Origin: a virus
DNA: 43,199 nt
Direction: 5' to 3' (one strand)
IMG/VR virus record: IMGVR_UViG_3300042756_000102
Shown piece by piece: positions 42,801-43,199 of the stretch (its first letter is position 1; each line of letters opens with the position of its first letter). The translations under genes and the position numbers were made by a program. The notes beneath the pieces are model-generated. The model saw only the letters and a list, made by a program, of their open reading frames with translations, was not told where the DNA came from and did no database searches.

Positions 42801-43199
42801 ACCCCCGTGAACAGGTCACCCAGAACATCCGTCTCGGCAAGGAAGCCCACAAAATTATCAGCGGTCTGGACAAGAAACTACGCACATCAGTAGACACAGT
42901 TGACGATAAGGGTAAGCCAGTCATCACAGGCAGACTATCTGAAACAGAGTTAGACGCTCTTGTTAAGGGTGGTATTGTCCCTAGGGCTTGGGCTGACAAG
43001 GTCAACCAAGGCTATGCGATGCTTGACGGCACAGTTTCTAATGTGTTCTCCGCTGGTTACCTTGGCAAGACCGAGCAGACCACCGATGCCTCCTACCCCA
43101 GACTTACTGGAAGTGCTGTTGCGTTCAAGAACCGCAAGGCTATCTTGTTTGATGTCGAGACCAAGATTAAGGCTGACGGCACATTCTACACGCTCTTCC
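39836..43199 (+). CDS. N-terminal part of the giant ORF (1,079 unique codons to 43072, then continues at base 1). Contains Gly-rich hydrophobic segments and an HExxH motif.
   Basis: ATG at 39836, 5 nt after the stop of the 894-aa gene. I translated it by hand and found no stop through 43199. PHELFH is encoded at 42101-42118. GAFIGGGLGYLNAGEEGMYSGIGAGIAMGAVGATAG is a glycine-zipper-like segment. Confidence 0.85.
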   Translation, partial: MAELYAKPFETIDTGYNPQQPQGGGQSSETDEYLSSLPPEERQAAIERLNAPLTGEELATLANSGQRQPSLAEFAEIEKFHKNHEISFIDGLGKIAEGGEQFMTDISKAFGAMLDNPSDVASKMPATAVEAFAQGTRNFYGMLAESSNTDSILFKVKDFLNGTGSIEDRYNQYLQALKFNKDSMELLEGKQTMVMDADMINHEVTQAMAYIADPTLFIPFGKVASTGLRAVGLGEKLAMAGARSAAIKNAIIGNTIKWGVGQPLEFLGGAVRNTIDYGLDKAGQAFEATTGIGAKEFGQTARMSGIGFSASAVAGYSVPFASTVSDAYIVGSSARGFGEALTLMGETMSKNKFGRGINTWATEAMEQAEKNGIVLSPHAKGLLKTLNAVDPLFAYGWNGLEGASQGAFIGGGLGYLNAGEEGMYSGIGAGIAMGAVGATAGKMVADVTGGTNVARRAVQAKMVIEGHKVTNPDKAMFFQAMQTTAEARGQDVDLVNGIIAGIDKVAPNFEFHAMTPEQFAVEAVKKGYNPYTGKFAERSALDHEFGGDRASKSKAMGILRAVGGDFVGNSKAFLDAIKKASAKDSANPSKPASNIPANLRKYTDIAKTFDKLTKTQQDAILREIDGQADIAKDLGGNTKLRDYYDTLTWSEGWTDALVKKFESDRDGARKDITDMLAQETKKDGKMTNKGRALVDKLRNEGFLDKEGKLLRERNLLQADMTLMEFATVKGGVMRREADGKTHMYINLNKMGSETFPHELFHTIMRESPMKDHFTKSLIQKLVGSFDEKGNLVRNGEVNINQVRKFFKKYINLTSYNEDGTLNADKAGETMKAVEVALAEFEQSGKTKKISDKSRALLEHYTEEFGAYYFSHWLMGRNRNTLFFGGELKGIEGLVERTKDGFMDFWQSKISKANPEFNFAKGLNASFDRSKGLGRISSMDYYMRDMVRAASNANQNAFRPDSMTLENLRDFERSNGLRNLTTPDGNRRLNPREQVTQNIRLGKEAHKIISGLDKKLRTSVDTVDDKGKPVITGRLSETELDALVKGGIVPRAWADKVNQGYAMLDGTVSNVFSAGYLGKTEQTTDASYPRLTGSAVAFKNRKAILFDVETKIKADGTFYTLF
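43073..43199. repeat. Terminal redundancy, copy 2 (identical to 1-127).
   Basis: Same 127-nt string as the window start. Confidence 0.95.

Overview
This window is a complete, circularly assembled tailed-phage genome of about 43.07 kb. Bases 1-127 are identical to 43073-43199, so the unique length is 43,072 bp.

Layout:
- Plus-strand late/structural block, 22495 through the junction to 7300: possible small terminase, large terminase, portal, scaffold, HK97-type major capsid, tail proteins, three internal-virion proteins, then a holin-like and a spanin-like gene. The gene order resembles T7.
- Minus-strand early/replication-recombination block, 17544 down to 7239: ERF annealase, PD-(D/E)XK exonuclease, endonuclease VII, DnaC/IstB-like ATPase, replication organizer, lytic transglycosylase and metallophosphoesterase.
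- A small opposite-strand island at 14603-15372.
- A compositionally distinct high-GC plus-strand module at 18882-21196, headed by a DUF932 gene.
- Five tRNAs at 21947-22451.
- Two unusually large non-coding regions, 17545-18881 and 21197-21946, packed with repeat families.

I saw no integrase, DNA polymerase, primase, helicase or recognisable RNA polymerase. Start codons lack Shine-Dalgarno sequences, which suggests a Bacteroidota-like host (weak inference).

Most notable observations:
1. A 3,177-aa ORF crosses the assembly junction and takes up 22% of the genome. It has an HExxH motif and AT-rich inserted segments, and looks like an ejected polyvalent protein.
2. A 64-aa early protein has a histone-fold signature.
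3. The first early gene encodes a strongly acidic protein, a DNA-mimic candidate.
4. The control regions carry dense repeat, iteron and hairpin architecture, and a bipartite TTTACAAT/TTTACATT motif heads the transcription units.
5. All five tRNAs read A-ending codons, matching the AT-rich islands.

All functional calls come from reading the translations and from motif memory. No searches were run.
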